Positions 63,001-64,000 of a stretch of 64,000 nucleotides of DNA are shown piece after piece (the first letter of the stretch is position 1; the number at the start of each line of letters is the position of its first letter). Source of the stretch: a virus. Its lineage: Duplodnaviria > Caudoviricetes. The stretch is from the IMG/VR virus record IMGVR_UViG_3300046170_000302; one strand, given 5' to 3'. The position numbers and the translations under genes were made by a program. Below the pieces are notes generated by a model, which was given only the letters and a program-made list of their open reading frames with translations, had not been told where the DNA came from and did not search any database.

Positions 63001-64000
63001 AGTTTCACCAGTAGGTGGCAAAGATATCATGAATGAAGTGAAAGGTATGACGGTGTTTAACACCGAGGTACATGATGCAAAGAAACAACCAATGTTCTTT
63101 GGTAAACCTCTGGGAGTCCAGAGGTATGATTCTTATAAGTATCCGGTGTTTGAAAAACTTACTACACAACAACTTGGATACTTCTGGAGACCAGAAGAAG
63201 TTTCACTACAGAAAGATAGAGGAGACTATCAGTCTCTCCGTCCAGAACAGAAACATATCTATACTTCTAACCTGAAGTATCAGATTATGTTGGATTCTAT
63301 TCAGGGTCGTGGTCCTGGTATGGCATTCATTCCTTACTGTTCCTTACCTGAACTAGAAGCATGTATGGAAGTCTGGGGATTTATGGAGATGATCCATAGT
63401 CGTTCCTACACATACATCATTAAGAACATTTACTCTAATCCAGCTGATGTGTTGGATAAGATTGTCACAGATCAAAAGATCCTAGACCGTGCCAAGAGTG
63501 TTACAGAGTCATATGATGACTTCATCAACACCGCACAAGTCTGGGGAACTACTGGTATGTGGTCTGCAGATTTTAGAGGATCTCCATCAACTGAGTATGA
63601 AATCAAGGAAGTCAAGCGTAAGCTCTACAGAGGCTGTTGCGAATGTCAACATCCTGGAAGGCATTCGTTTCTATGTCAGTTTTGCTTGTTCTTTTGCTTT
63701 CGGCGAGCTCAAACTCATGGAAGGGTCGGCGAAGATCATTAGTCTTATCGCCCGTGACGAGAATCAGCATCTTGCAATCACGCAGAATATCCTGAATAAG
63801 TGGAAGAGTGGTGATGATCCTATGATGAAACAGATCGCCAAAGAAGAAGAAGAGTGGGTCTATGCAATGTTTGATAGAGCTGTGAATGAGGAGAAGGCTT
63901 GGGCTGACTACCTGTTCAAGGACGGTTCTATGATTGGTCTAAATGATACCCTATTGCAACAGTATGTTGAGTGGATTGCCAATCGTCGTATGAAGGGTAT
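62981..64000 (+). CDS. nrdB: Class Ia ribonucleotide reductase beta subunit, partial (frameshift near 63630; runs off the right edge)
   Basis: FWRPEEV, QIMLDSIQGR, EMIHSRSY, then LEGIRFYVSF and ARDENQH after the shift. Confidence 0.95.

Noticed and set aside
4615-63742. Apparent pseudogenes or programmed frameshifts in g15, g17, g19, g22, uvsW, g45, g62, nrdA and nrdB
   Set aside because: They hit essential genes indiscriminately, are mostly +1 duplications in short runs, and lack consistent slippery-site or stimulator context; sequencing error is far more parsimonious
1-64000. tRNA, rRNA, CRISPR array, integrase/transposase, reverse transcriptase (DGR/retron)
   Set aside because: No T-loop/cloverleaf, regularly spaced repeat-spacer array or catalytic motifs were seen by eye; tRNAscan-SE and a CRISPR finder would be needed to fully exclude them

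Overview
A 64-kb slice of the core genome of a marine T4-like cyanophage (cyanomyovirus, Kyanoviridae-like), with essentially all genes on the + strand. It contains the neck/tail/head module (g13-g23, with a variable fibre region between g16 and g17), the recombination/late-transcription genes (g3, uvsY, uvsW, g55, g47, g46), the replication module (g45, g44, g62, regA, g43, uvsX, g41, g61, nrdA, partial nrdB) and auxiliary genes (purC, purM, purS, cobS-like ATPase, hsp20, mazG, a 2OG-Fe(II) oxygenase, a sigma70-type factor). More than 25 frameshifts break even essential genes. Those I could reconstruct are mostly single extra bases in short homopolymers, so I treat them as sequencing/assembly errors and give merged gene coordinates. 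The main points of interest are: (1) the DNA polymerase is cleanly split into two genes at the fingers tip, with an orphan ORF, purM and purS translationally coupled in between; (2) a set of late proteins looks like prohead-protease-processed virion cargo, including modular polyproteins (one module bracketed by a perfect 28-bp direct repeat), a nucleotidyltransferase starting with a T4-like capsid-targeting sequence, and an HNH nuclease sharing its N-terminal module; (3) a Cys-rich micro-ORF overlaps the g23 terminator; (4) a secreted-type peptide is 27% His. All product calls come from motif recognition and synteny; no database searches were run.
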